A stretch of DNA of 64,000 nucleotides, taken from IMG/VR virus record IMGVR_UViG_3300045988_034373, positions 64,001 to 128,000 of that record. One strand, written 5' to 3'. Source of the DNA: a virus. Positions 1 to 8,453 of the stretch are shown piece by piece. Position numbers and translations under genes: made by a program. The notes under the pieces are model-generated. The model was given only the letters and a program-made list of their open reading frames with translations. It ran no database searches and was not told the origin of the DNA. Numbering within the stretch: the first letter of the stretch is position 1; each line of letters begins with the position of its first letter.

Positions 1-2
1 AT

Positions 3-185
3 CCTGGTCGTTATCTGGCTGGATATGATAGGGATGCTGAGAAGTATCACAGAAGTACAAGAATCGAGAGTTATATTGAAAATCTCGGAGGAGAAGCCAA
101 AACTGCATTCGATTACCTTACAGAAGCAACTGATGAGGAAATGGAGAAGATGGCTGAGGCAGTAAACTACGTACTTGGTGAGTAA
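3..185 (+). CDS. hypothetical protein, C-terminal fragment (start upstream of window)
   Basis: Frame is open from the window edge to TAA at 183-185 (...PGRYLAGYDRDAEKYH...AVNYVLGE*). The stop region overlaps the next start. No family recognised. Confidence 0.5.
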   Translation, partial: PGRYLAGYDRDAEKYHRSTRIESYIENLGGEAKTAFDYLTEATDEEMEKMAEAVNYVLGE

Positions 186-492
186 GAAGTTACTGTGGCT
201 GGTAATACTATATCTTGTAGGAATACTAGCCTGGACATGGTTGACTCCAACTAAGGAACACCAACCTATACCTAACTATGAAGAATTAGTTAACCATATT
301 GATTCTTTAAACGGTGAAATAAGTTTGCTCAAACTTGAGAGAGATTCATTACATAATGTAATAGATTCCTCTAAAGTTAAAGTTGATGTAATTGAACATT
401 GGTATGAAAAAGAGCTTACTGATATTACTAATCAGTCTATTGCCGATGATGTGGTGTTCTTCACAGAATACCTATCCGAAGTTGGTAAATGA
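175..492 (+). CDS. N-terminally membrane-anchored coiled-coil protein (i-spanin-like architecture)
   Basis: TTG175/GTG178 start. N-terminal TM KKLLWLVILYLVGILAWTWL is followed by a heptad-like soluble part (SLNGEISLLKLERDSL). Function is inferred from architecture only. Confidence 0.5.
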   Translation: MVSKKLLWLVILYLVGILAWTWLTPTKEHQPIPNYEELVNHIDSLNGEISLLKLERDSLHNVIDSSKVKVDVIEHWYEKELTDITNQSIADDVVFFTEYLSEVGK

Positions 493-817
493 TTCATTAG
501 TAGTAATTACACCTCAACAGCTAAAGGCTACCAACTTAATATTCTTGGAACATAAGAAGTTTAAACTGGAGATTCCAGAGCTTAAAAAGCAATTAACATC
601 TTATGAAAGTTTGATTAACTCTTATGAAAGAACTGATTCAGTTAGAAATGCACAGATTAACAGACTTATGCTTCATGCACAAGACTCTGAGCAGGTAATG
701 CAGAATCAACTTAGAGAGATTAATAAACTTGAATCCAAGAAGAAACTCTATAAGGGTTTAACGGTTGGTGGAGTTACTGTTAGTGTGGTCCTTCTAATAA
801 CATTATTACTAAAGTGA
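392..817 (+). CDS. signal-peptide/Cys + coiled coil + C-terminal TM protein (u-/o-spanin-like architecture)
   Basis: Starts in the +1 frame inside the previous gene. N-terminus MKKSLLILLISLLPMMWC is hydrophobic and ends in Cys. The middle is coiled-coil-like. C-terminal TM is GGVTVSVVLLITLLL. Confidence 0.45.
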   Translation: MNIGMKKSLLILLISLLPMMWCSSQNTYPKLVNDSLVVITPQQLKATNLIFLEHKKFKLEIPELKKQLTSYESLINSYERTDSVRNAQINRLMLHAQDSEQVMQNQLREINKLESKKKLYKGLTVGGVTVSVVLLITLLLK

Positions 818-954
818 AGTACACAGTAGGAGCAATGGCTTTATTGTTCATAGTTGTTATACATTTATTATTTGTTATCCCAGACCTTCTGCTGGTGTTA
901 CTGATACTAAACGTAATAGTGAATTTAGATTGGATATCAAACAAGATTTGTTAA
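814..954 (+). CDS. small hydrophobic membrane protein (46 aa, not in ORF track)
   Basis: GTG814 overlaps the upstream TGA (GTGA). Internal ATG gives MALLFIVVIHLLFVIPDLLLVLLILNVIV. Ends at TAA 952-954. Confidence 0.35.
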   Translation: MKYTVGAMALLFIVVIHLLFVIPDLLLVLLILNVIVNLDWISNKIC

Positions 955-972
955 ACTGTTAAAAAGACAAGT

Positions 973-1170
973 ATGAATTTCACAGACATTTTTAAGGGTA
1001 AGAACCTCATAGCTTTAATAGCTGCTGTCATTGTGTGTGTTCTTTTGTCAGCATTCGGAGTGCCTAAGATAGCTATTTACGTGGTTATGTTCGCACTCGG
1101 TTGTAACAATAAGAACTTTGCACAATGGGTAGAGGACAAAATCATAATTCCATTTAAGAGGTTAGTATAA
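973..1170 (+). CDS. small membrane protein (65 aa; holin-like size and topology)
   Basis: Two hydrophobic stretches are present (LIALIAAVIVCVLLSAF and IAIYVVMFALG). It lies next to the spanin-like genes. Confidence 0.45.
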   Translation: MNFTDIFKGKNLIALIAAVIVCVLLSAFGVPKIAIYVVMFALGCNNKNFAQWVEDKIIIPFKRLV

Positions 1171-1231
1171 TCGTATTATCTGGTATATAGCTAAAGAGTC
1201 TGTTAGTTCGTACTTTAGACTCAGGTATTCA

Positions 1232-1405
1232 ATGGCAAAGCAACTAAGTAGTTCCTTCGATAAAGACAAGGATGGAGTTAGATATCAACATCCAGAGCGT
1301 ACGTGCAAGGAGTGTGCTAAATACCCCTGTTTTCAGAGGCAAGAGGACAAGACTTGTGACTATGCCAAATACGGTTGTAGGAAATACAAAGATAAGGAAG
1401 ATTAA
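1232..1405 (+). CDS. small Cys-rich protein (57 aa, below ORF-track cutoff)
   Basis: ATG1232 to TAA1403-1405. Sequence is MAKQLSSSF...RTCKECAKYPCFQ...CDYAKYGCRKYKDKED, with six Cys including a CxxC pair. Confidence 0.4.
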   Translation: MAKQLSSSFDKDKDGVRYQHPERTCKECAKYPCFQRQEDKTCDYAKYGCRKYKDKED

Positions 1406-1423
1406 TTATTAATTCTTATCATT

Positions 1424-1645
1424 ATGATAGAATGTAACATCTACTCTGGACGTAGGGGAAGGATAGATTACCAGGAAACTGGTAACTTTGAATCCTTATT
1501 GGAAGCTGAACTCTATGCTCAGGAAATCTCTGAAATGGATGCTAATGAATATGGCTATCCTATTGAAGAGTGTGAATGGCTGGCTGTAGAGACTGCTACT
1601 GATAACATTCCTTACGACGAACGAGTAGGAGTAATGTATCTGTAA
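1424..1645 (+). CDS. hypothetical acidic protein
   Basis: ORF in the operon series. Its stop abuts the next ATG (TAAATG). Confidence 0.5.
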   Translation: MIECNIYSGRRGRIDYQETGNFESLLEAELYAQEISEMDANEYGYPIEECEWLAVETATDNIPYDERVGVMYL

Positions 1646-1942
1646 ATGGAAACAATCCATGCCAAGTTGATAACCTTACGAGAAGATGTGGGTGGTTATA
1701 TAATCTATGTCTTCCAGAATTTAGCTAATGGGGCTTATGAAATGATAACTCGATTACCTAGGTGGGAATCTCCAGTTCTCAAGATAGGTGATGTGGGGTT
1801 TCTAAAGTACAATGAGGTAATAGCTGGTGAGGATACTTGGTATGACTCTGCAACAGGTCAGAAAGTACCTTACCGCTTTACTGGAGTTTATTTTATGGAC
1901 TTTGTTTATGAGAAACCAGCGGAATCAGATTTAATATTGTAA
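1646..1942 (+). CDS. hypothetical protein
   Basis: 98-aa ORF immediately after the previous stop. No motif recognised. Confidence 0.55.
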   Translation: METIHAKLITLREDVGGYIIYVFQNLANGAYEMITRLPRWESPVLKIGDVGFLKYNEVIAGEDTWYDSATGQKVPYRFTGVYFMDFVYEKPAESDLIL

Positions 1943-2006
1943 ATAAATAGATGAATGAATTAAAGAGATTATTTTATATGATAAAGACATAATATAGAAT
2001 AACAAT

Positions 2007-2846
2007 ATGATGAAGGAGAAATTGGCTGCCGCTATTGCTAAGAAGAATAATGACATTAACACTTTCGTATGGAAAGGTCGCAAGGTCGAAGTAAATGGAC
2101 AACTCGTACAAGAGGAAAAGAGACTTGTTGATTGTTCAGACAAAGAACTAAGAACGTTCTATAACCACTGCGAATCAATGCTGTATAATGACAGCAAAGA
2201 ATATCCAGGTCGATATGTTCTGTTGGACATTATCAAAGACCAAAGAGAAAGATGTAACACTGAGTTATTCCTTCGCTGGTTAGAGCAAGATAGAGGTATT
2301 CCAAGATTTACATTCCTGCCTTCGCTGAGAGTGTTCCTTGATAACAACAAAGGTATTGATACCAAGGAAACATTCATCTCTGAGGCTTTAGTAGGGGACT
2401 GTCCTGTGGAGTTCGCGAGACTTCCTATTGAACTAGTCCTTGAAGGCTGTCTTGATAAGTTGGGTAAATTTAACAAGCAGCATATTACATTAACATTTAT
2501 CTTAAAACAAGGTCTATGGTTTACGCAGCAGGAGTCTAAGGACTTGACTGAGAAGACTGCAAACGGAGAATATCGTGAGAAGGCTGAAGTAGCCAGAGAG
2601 CGTCTCGGTCTTAATCCTACTGCAAACCTGTATATGACACCGAAAGGTCTATCATTCACTCAACTGCGTGCTATGGTAAACCTTAAGAGTAAGAAATACT
2701 CTGAACTTACTACTGCCCAACTGGAAACATTGAGGAACAGAATCTTATTCTCTTTGGAGGATGAAGTTAAGTTCCATATCAATCAGTGGGAAACCCGTAA
2801 GAACCAAATTAAAATGGTTTGTGATGCTAAAGGTTATACTCTTTAA
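2007..2846 (+). CDS. hypothetical protein
   Basis: 279-aa ORF with no recognisable motif. The opposite-strand ORF 2159-2659 is a shadow. Confidence 0.6.
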   Translation: MMKEKLAAAIAKKNNDINTFVWKGRKVEVNGQLVQEEKRLVDCSDKELRTFYNHCESMLYNDSKEYPGRYVLLDIIKDQRERCNTELFLRWLEQDRGIPRFTFLPSLRVFLDNNKGIDTKETFISEALVGDCPVEFARLPIELVLEGCLDKLGKFNKQHITLTFILKQGLWFTQQESKDLTEKTANGEYREKAEVARERLGLNPTANLYMTPKGLSFTQLRAMVNLKSKKYSELTTAQLETLRNRILFSLEDEVKFHINQWETRKNQIKMVCDAKGYTL

Positions 2847-2972
2847 CATCTATACCCATCTACATTGGTTCTACATTTACACTCCTGAGTTTTACTCACT
2901 CATCATAGGAGTTTTGTTTACATAACTATCAATAGAATTAAGGAGTAAATTCAAGGGTAAAATTGATAGTAT

Positions 2973-4241
2973 ATGGCAGACTTGTTTGGAAATCTAAGTA
3001 GAACTGAACGCCAAGAACAAGGTGTTCAACGATGGGTAGATAACAAGTTGTGTGGGACTTTAAACTGGGCAACTGGTGTAGGTAAAACTAGAGGAGGTCT
3101 AATGGCTATTAGTCGGTTCTTAAAGAAGAATCCAACTAAGTCTGTTATTATAGTTGTCCCAAGTGAACCTATTCAAAGACAATGGAATCAAGAACTAATT
3201 GACTGGAACTTATTCCAACAATGCTCGGTGAAGACTATGAATGATACATCAGTTAATAAGTATAGTTGTACTTTACTCGTAATTGATGAAATTCATAAAG
3301 TAGGCGCACCCACACTACTGAACATATTTAAAAACATCCAGTATACAATAATCTTAGGGTTAACTGCGACCTTTGAGAGATTGGATGGTAAAGATGAAAT
3401 TATAAGTAAGAAGTGTCCTATTGTGGATACCATTTCTGTAGAAGAAGCCATAGAGAATAAATGGCTCGCTGATTATCGAGAATATGAGGTACTTATTGAG
3501 CCAGAGGACATTGATGTCTATAAGGAGGTCAACAAGGAGTTCTATGAGCATTTCTCATTCTTTAACTATGACTTTAATCTCGCTATGAAGTGTGCAACTG
3601 ATTGGAAGAGAAGGTCTGAGTTAGCTAAAGAGAGATGTAGAGAAGACCAAAGTGAAGACTTTAAAACTGTTAATAAGCAGATTTTAGTTCATGCTATGGG
3701 CTTTAGTAGAACCTTACAGGCTCGTAAGAAATACATATATAATCATCCTAAGAAGATTGAACTTACCAACTTAATTCTGGAGCATAGACAAGACAAGAAG
3801 TGTATAACTTTTAGTGCTACTATAGCTATGGCTGAGAAGATTAAGTATGGTGCTGTATATTCTGGTAAAGATTCTACCAAGAAGGGTAGGATGAGCTTAC
3901 AAGAGTTTGTACAGCAGGATGGTGGCGTACTGAATACTGTTATGAAACTGAATGAAGGGTTTAATTGTCCTGACATCAGTGTGTCAGTAATACTGGGCTT
4001 TAATAGTAGTTCTACTACTAAGAAACAGAGAGTGGGTCGAGTTATCCGTCAGAAGGAGGGCAAAGTTGCCGAAGTCTTCACTTTAGTTCTTAAGGGAACT
4101 GTAGAGGAGGAATGGTTTAGGAAGTCTACCAGCACTGGAAGATATATCCCCATTAGTGAGGAAAATCTTATAGATGTCCTTGAGGGAAGACCATTTAATC
4201 CTAAGAAGAAGAAGCAAACTAAAATGATGTTTAGATTCTAA
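2973..4241 (+). CDS. superfamily-2 DNA helicase (DExH / ResIII-like)
   Basis: Walker A ATGVGKTRG, DExH box LLVIDEIHK, motif III GLTATFER and motif VI QRVGRVIRQ are all present. Confidence 0.8.
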   Translation: MADLFGNLSRTERQEQGVQRWVDNKLCGTLNWATGVGKTRGGLMAISRFLKKNPTKSVIIVVPSEPIQRQWNQELIDWNLFQQCSVKTMNDTSVNKYSCTLLVIDEIHKVGAPTLLNIFKNIQYTIILGLTATFERLDGKDEIISKKCPIVDTISVEEAIENKWLADYREYEVLIEPEDIDVYKEVNKEFYEHFSFFNYDFNLAMKCATDWKRRSELAKERCREDQSEDFKTVNKQILVHAMGFSRTLQARKKYIYNHPKKIELTNLILEHRQDKKCITFSATIAMAEKIKYGAVYSGKDSTKKGRMSLQEFVQQDGGVLNTVMKLNEGFNCPDISVSVILGFNSSSTTKKQRVGRVIRQKEGKVAEVFTLVLKGTVEEEWFRKSTSTGRYIPISEENLIDVLEGRPFNPKKKKQTKMMFRF

Positions 4242-4423
4242 TGTTCAATGTAACCTATTACGAACAGTCCAACAATGCAGTTGATGTTAAAGTTGATGCT
4301 ATACAGTTCCTACATTTATTGGAACTATGTGCATCTGGCAGATACATCAGAGCTATGGAAGCGGACTTTCAAGGTAAGAGCATAGACTGTAATAAGCTAT
4401 TACGTAGCTTAAAGTTTGTGTAG
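4241..4423 (+). CDS. hypothetical protein
   Basis: 60-aa ORF. Its start overlaps the helicase stop (TAATG). Confidence 0.45.
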   Translation: MFNVTYYEQSNNAVDVKVDAIQFLHLLELCASGRYIRAMEADFQGKSIDCNKLLRSLKFV

Positions 4424-4428
4424 ATTCA

Positions 4429-4460
4429 TTTGGTAATTTAAGAGATTTTTAGTATCTTTG
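4429..4460 (+). promoter_or_regulatory. Bacteroidota-type promoter (-33 TTTG / -7 TAnnTTTG)
   Basis: cATTTGGTAAT, then a 20-nt spacer, then TAGTATCTTTGTA. The -7 box TATCTTTG is at 4453-4460. It lies about 20 nt upstream of ATG4482. Confidence 0.55.
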
Positions 4461-4481
4461 TACTCTTAACACGTTAATAAG

Positions 4482-4682
4482 ATGACAACAGAGAGAATGT
4501 TAGAGTTGATTTGTCTCACAAACTTCTTAAAGAGGGAGCTGTCTCAAGCTAGTAACAATCCGTACTACGCTACAGTGCTAAATAGGTACTATAACATGGA
4601 TGGCATTCAAAATAGAGCAAGTGAGTTAGAATCAGAACTCTTGAACCCGTATGTAATTGACAACGCTGAGAAATCAGAATAA
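4482..4682 (+). CDS. hypothetical protein
   Basis: 66-aa ORF about 20 nt downstream of the predicted promoter at 4429-4460. Confidence 0.5.
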   Translation: MTTERMLELICLTNFLKRELSQASNNPYYATVLNRYYNMDGIQNRASELESELLNPYVIDNAEKSE

Positions 4683-4733
4683 ACACTTTACAGTTAGTAG
4701 ATTGTTTAGTTATTTGGCTAACAATTTATTTAA

Positions 4734-5354
4734 TTGGAAAAACTAAGTTTAACAGTAGACAATCAATTAGTAATGATGGAGAAGTATAGACTAACAGCAG
4801 AAGAGGTCTTACTAATTGATTTATTATTTCTAGCTAGCATAGAAGAAGGGCATAAAGAATATCTAGTTAAGTATTTTACTATGCCTGTAACTAGAACCAA
4901 TCTTAGAGATTTACTATTAAGTCTCCAAGCTAAGGGAATCATTACTAAGCAGTATAAGGTTCCTGATAAGGGTCAGAAGTTTGACCCTGAATGTGTTATA
5001 TTCAACCAGAACTTTCTTAATAATTATAGGAAGTTTAGTGGGGATTTAGGCGCAGAGTTCTTAATGACTTATCCTCACAATGGACTAATTAATGGAGTTG
5101 AAGTTCCGTTAAACAACTGGGCTAAGAAATTTAGTACAGAAGAAGAGTTCTATTATGCCTATGGTAAATCTATAGGCTGGAAGCAGGATAAGCACAATGA
5201 AGTATTGGAACTCATTAGGTGGGCTAAGGATAACAACTGTAATCTTCTTAACATGAATATTGCCGACTTTATGATAAGTAAAATCTGGCAGAATATTGCA
5301 GAGCTTAAGAACGGAGATGGGACTATGAGGTTTGATACTATCAAGAGTATTTAA
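4734..5354 (+). CDS. hypothetical protein (possible replisome organiser or helicase loader, by position only)
   Basis: TTG start. Its stop overlaps the start of the DnaB-like helicase. No catalytic motif seen. Confidence 0.5.
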   Translation: MEKLSLTVDNQLVMMEKYRLTAEEVLLIDLLFLASIEEGHKEYLVKYFTMPVTRTNLRDLLLSLQAKGIITKQYKVPDKGQKFDPECVIFNQNFLNNYRKFSGDLGAEFLMTYPHNGLINGVEVPLNNWAKKFSTEEEFYYAYGKSIGWKQDKHNEVLELIRWAKDNNCNLLNMNIADFMISKIWQNIAELKNGDGTMRFDTIKSI

Positions 5355-6454
5355 TGGGTAGGATAACTAAGAATTTAAAGGAGTTAATTGATAGAGGTAG
5401 GAAAGGAGAGAATCATGCCTTATCAATGGGTCTTCCTAAACTAGAGAGATTTGTGGATGGTGTAGCACAAGAGACATATTACTTAATAGCTGGTGGTACT
5501 GGCTCTGGTAAGACTTCTTTTGCATTACATTCATTCATCTATAAGCCTATAATGGAGAATATTGACAATCTAGACTTTCATATTATATATTTCAGTTTAG
5601 AAATGACTGCTGAGCAATTGCTTGGCAAGATTCTATCTATCTATATATATGAGACATTTGGTGTTGAATTGTCCTTTAAGGAGTTACTCTCCAGAAGTAA
5701 AGACACAACTCTGTCCGATATGGACTATGAATTAGTATGTCAATCCTTAGAGATGCTTGATAAGATTGAATCTCACATGATAATATATGATAAGCCTTTG
5801 AATAACCAGCGCATGGTAGACTTCCTTATGGAATCCCTAAAGCAGTTTGGTAAATTCCAGGGCGATACATATACTCTGTTTAGACCCAATCACATCATAT
5901 TAGTTATTCTAGACCATATTGGTTTAGCTAGACCTTCTATTGGTAATACCAAGAAGGATGAGATGGATGCTATGTCGTCTTCACTAGTTTCATTCAGAAA
6001 TAAGTGTAAGATTAGTCCTGTGGTGGTAATGCAGGTAAATAGAGGTTCCTCTAATGTGGAGAGAAGGAAGTTAAACTTCCAGGAACTTCAGTTAGACGAT
6101 TTAAAGGGAACTGGTAATCCAGCAGAGGATGCCAACATAGTATTAGCATTATTTTATCCTTTTAGAGAGAAGATGTCTTCGTATAGAGGATATGACATAA
6201 AACAAATTGGAGAGAACTTTAGAAGTGCAGTAGTATTAAAGAATAGATGGGGTGCAGCAGACATTGCTGTAGGTCTCGGATTCTATGGTAAGACTGGCTT
6301 GTTTAGAGAACTTCCGATTGCAACCAAGATTACAAACTATGATAAGTATCTAACCCCTGATTGGTTAATTACTGATTCATTAGAAGATTCATGCCAAGAG
6401 ATTACTCAAGAAGAACAACAAGATTCTAGTTCAAAAATGACTTTAGTTCTATAG
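5354..6454 (+). CDS. DnaB-like replicative helicase (RecA-type ATPase domain)
   Basis: Walker A is AGGTGSGKTSF and Walker B-like is ILVILDHIGL. Length and layout fit phage DnaB-family helicases. Confidence 0.7.
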   Translation: MGRITKNLKELIDRGRKGENHALSMGLPKLERFVDGVAQETYYLIAGGTGSGKTSFALHSFIYKPIMENIDNLDFHIIYFSLEMTAEQLLGKILSIYIYETFGVELSFKELLSRSKDTTLSDMDYELVCQSLEMLDKIESHMIIYDKPLNNQRMVDFLMESLKQFGKFQGDTYTLFRPNHIILVILDHIGLARPSIGNTKKDEMDAMSSSLVSFRNKCKISPVVVMQVNRGSSNVERRKLNFQELQLDDLKGTGNPAEDANIVLALFYPFREKMSSYRGYDIKQIGENFRSAVVLKNRWGAADIAVGLGFYGKTGLFRELPIATKITNYDKYLTPDWLITDSLEDSCQEITQEEQQDSSSKMTLVL

Positions 6455-6457
6455 TAA

Positions 6458-7156
6458 ATGGCAGCAGAAACTATTGCGATTGTTGGTGAGAGTGGTACTG
6501 GTAAGAGTACTTGTTTAAGAAATTTAAACCCAGAAGAAACCTTCTTGATTTCTACTACTGGTAAGCCCTTACCTTTTAAGGGATATAAGAAGAAATATAA
6601 AGAGATTAAGAAGGAAGGCTCTGAATGGGTTGGTAACTACTATGTTAGTTCTAAGTATGACAAAATCATTAACATCTTGAAGATTGTTAATCTAAAGATG
6701 CCTCATATTAAGCAAGTTATCATTGATGACTGGCAGTATATGTTGAGTTATGAGTTTGTTGATAGGGCAACTGAAGTAGGTTATACTAAGTTTACTGAGT
6801 TAGCTCAGCACGCTATGGAAGTACTTAGGTATTCAGAATCTATGAGGGATGATTGCAAAATGATATTCCTTACTCACAGTGAGAATGTCGGTGATGCCAT
6901 GAATCCTAAATATTCAATCAAGACTATTGGTAAGTTATTGGCAGAGAAAGTTACTCTGGAAGGTCTATTCACTTATGTATTCTTTACTAAGGTGCAAGAA
7001 GGTGATTCTGGCAGAATGGAGTATAAGTTCCTTACTAATACTGACGGAGAGTGTGTAGCAAAGACTCCGATGGGTATGTTCGATGATTTGTTAATTGACA
7101 ATGACTTGAACGAGATTATTAAGGTAATTGATGCTTATAACAACGACGAGGAATGA
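6458..7156 (+). CDS. P-loop ATPase (AAA_24 / Sak4-like recombination ATPase)
   Basis: N-terminal Walker A is IVGESGTGKST and Walker B is VIIDDWQY. Size is about 230 aa, as for phage AAA_24 proteins. Confidence 0.6.
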   Translation: MAAETIAIVGESGTGKSTCLRNLNPEETFLISTTGKPLPFKGYKKKYKEIKKEGSEWVGNYYVSSKYDKIINILKIVNLKMPHIKQVIIDDWQYMLSYEFVDRATEVGYTKFTELAQHAMEVLRYSESMRDDCKMIFLTHSENVGDAMNPKYSIKTIGKLLAEKVTLEGLFTYVFFTKVQEGDSGRMEYKFLTNTDGECVAKTPMGMFDDLLIDNDLNEIIKVIDAYNNDEE

Positions 7157-7725
7157 TTATAAAAATGATGATTACCTTTGACTACAATCCTGATACTAAG
7201 GAGTGTGTACTTCTAAAGCAGGAGCAAGTTAAAGAGAAAGCTCAGAAGACAAGCACTAAGGCTGAGGAAGCAGAGGATTCTGCTGAACCTCAGATTACCT
7301 TGGAGTCTAACAAATATGTCCTTAATAAGGCAGCTGCATCCTTAATGGGTGTGGAATGGGAGAATAGGTTGGATATTAAGTATCAGCCTATTGAGAAAGG
7401 TGGATTGATGTTCCCTATTATAGGAACTGATACTGCTTGGAAGACCAAGTCTGGTAACAAGTTAACTAAGAGCCTTACAGTAAGTTGTAGAGGCAATGCA
7501 AACGACTTATTGTCTAAATATGGAGATACATTCACTGTAACTCCGTGGAAAGGACATGATGGTTTGTTCGTGTTAATTGGTAACAAGGACAGGTCTGAAG
7601 AAGAAATAAAAGATAATAATATTAAGATTAAAGAAGATGAAAACCCAGTGGAGGATTTACCATTGGACACAAGCCTAGATAATGATGAAGCATACGAGAT
7701 TGATGACTTATCATTTGAAATTTAA
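7153..7725 (+). CDS. hypothetical protein with SSB-like acidic C-terminal tip
   Basis: ATGA overlap with the upstream gene. C-terminus is ...NDEAYEIDDLSFEI*. Confidence 0.55.
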   Translation: MIIKMMITFDYNPDTKECVLLKQEQVKEKAQKTSTKAEEAEDSAEPQITLESNKYVLNKAAASLMGVEWENRLDIKYQPIEKGGLMFPIIGTDTAWKTKSGNKLTKSLTVSCRGNANDLLSKYGDTFTVTPWKGHDGLFVLIGNKDRSEEEIKDNNIKIKEDENPVEDLPLDTSLDNDEAYEIDDLSFEI

Positions 7726-7736
7726 TTTTTAATATT

Positions 7737-8405
7737 ATGGCAGGAATGACATTCAATCTAAATAACGTTAAAGGCACAGCAGTAGTAAGACTGAAAGCGT
7801 GGGGTATCTATGATGTAGTATTCAAAGGTATCGAGCTGGCTAAGGGTACAAACAAAGAAGGTAACGAGTGGAAAGCAATGAAGATTAAGTTCTCTGGCGA
7901 GGAAGGAATCTTTGAACCTCTTATTTTCTGTCCTGGTGACAACGGAGGTGAACGTGTAACTGGTGAAACTGGCGGTAAGAAGTGGGAACTTCCTTCTGCT
8001 TTGGAACAACTTCAGTTCACTGTATCTCACGTAATGACAAATCTTGCTCCTGAAATGATGGAGAAGTTTGTTAAGGCTGTATCTGGTCTTACATTGCCTG
8101 ACGATTTCGAGAAACTGATTGAAATCATGAATAAGGCTTTGGCTAAGGCTGTAAACAAACAGACTAAGTTGAAGTTAATTGGAAATAGCAAGGGTTATGC
8201 ATCTTTGCCTAGCTTCGTTGGTATTAACAAGGAAGGTGATGCTTATATCAACAACAACTGGTTGGGTGATACTGTAGCATTCTCTGACTATGAAGTTAAG
8301 AAGATGAACGAGCAGAAGAACGCTAAACCTACAGCTGTAAAAGATGACGTAGATGCTACTGACGATACAGCAGCAGGTAACGAAGACTTGGATTTTGAAG
8401 TATAA
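7737..8405 (+). CDS. putative ssDNA-binding protein (DUF669-like)
   Basis: Lies downstream of the AAA_24 ATPase. Acidic tail is ...AAGNEDLDFEV*. Codon choice looks like a highly expressed gene. Family assignment is from memory only. Confidence 0.5.
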   Translation: MAGMTFNLNNVKGTAVVRLKAWGIYDVVFKGIELAKGTNKEGNEWKAMKIKFSGEEGIFEPLIFCPGDNGGERVTGETGGKKWELPSALEQLQFTVSHVMTNLAPEMMEKFVKAVSGLTLPDDFEKLIEIMNKALAKAVNKQTKLKLIGNSKGYASLPSFVGINKEGDAYINNNWLGDTVAFSDYEVKKMNEQKNAKPTAVKDDVDATDDTAAGNEDLDFEV

Positions 8406-8424
8406 TAAATAGTTAGTAACTTTG
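8394..8424 (+). promoter_or_regulatory. Bacteroidota-type promoter
   Basis: TTTG at 8394-8397, a 19-nt spacer, then TAGTAACTTTGT with the -7 box TAACTTTG at 8417-8424. It lies upstream of the primase gene. Confidence 0.5.
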
Positions 8425-8453
8425 TGGTTCTAATACAAACCATATGAATTAAT

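Noticed and set aside
2847-2972. The ACTCCT...AGGAGT inverted repeat followed by TTTGTTT, considered as a terminator, and GAGTTTTG, considered as a -7 box upstream of the SF2 helicase.
   Set aside because: The stem is only 6 bp with a loop of about 20 nt, and the -7-like box lacks the TA. Both are too weak to call.
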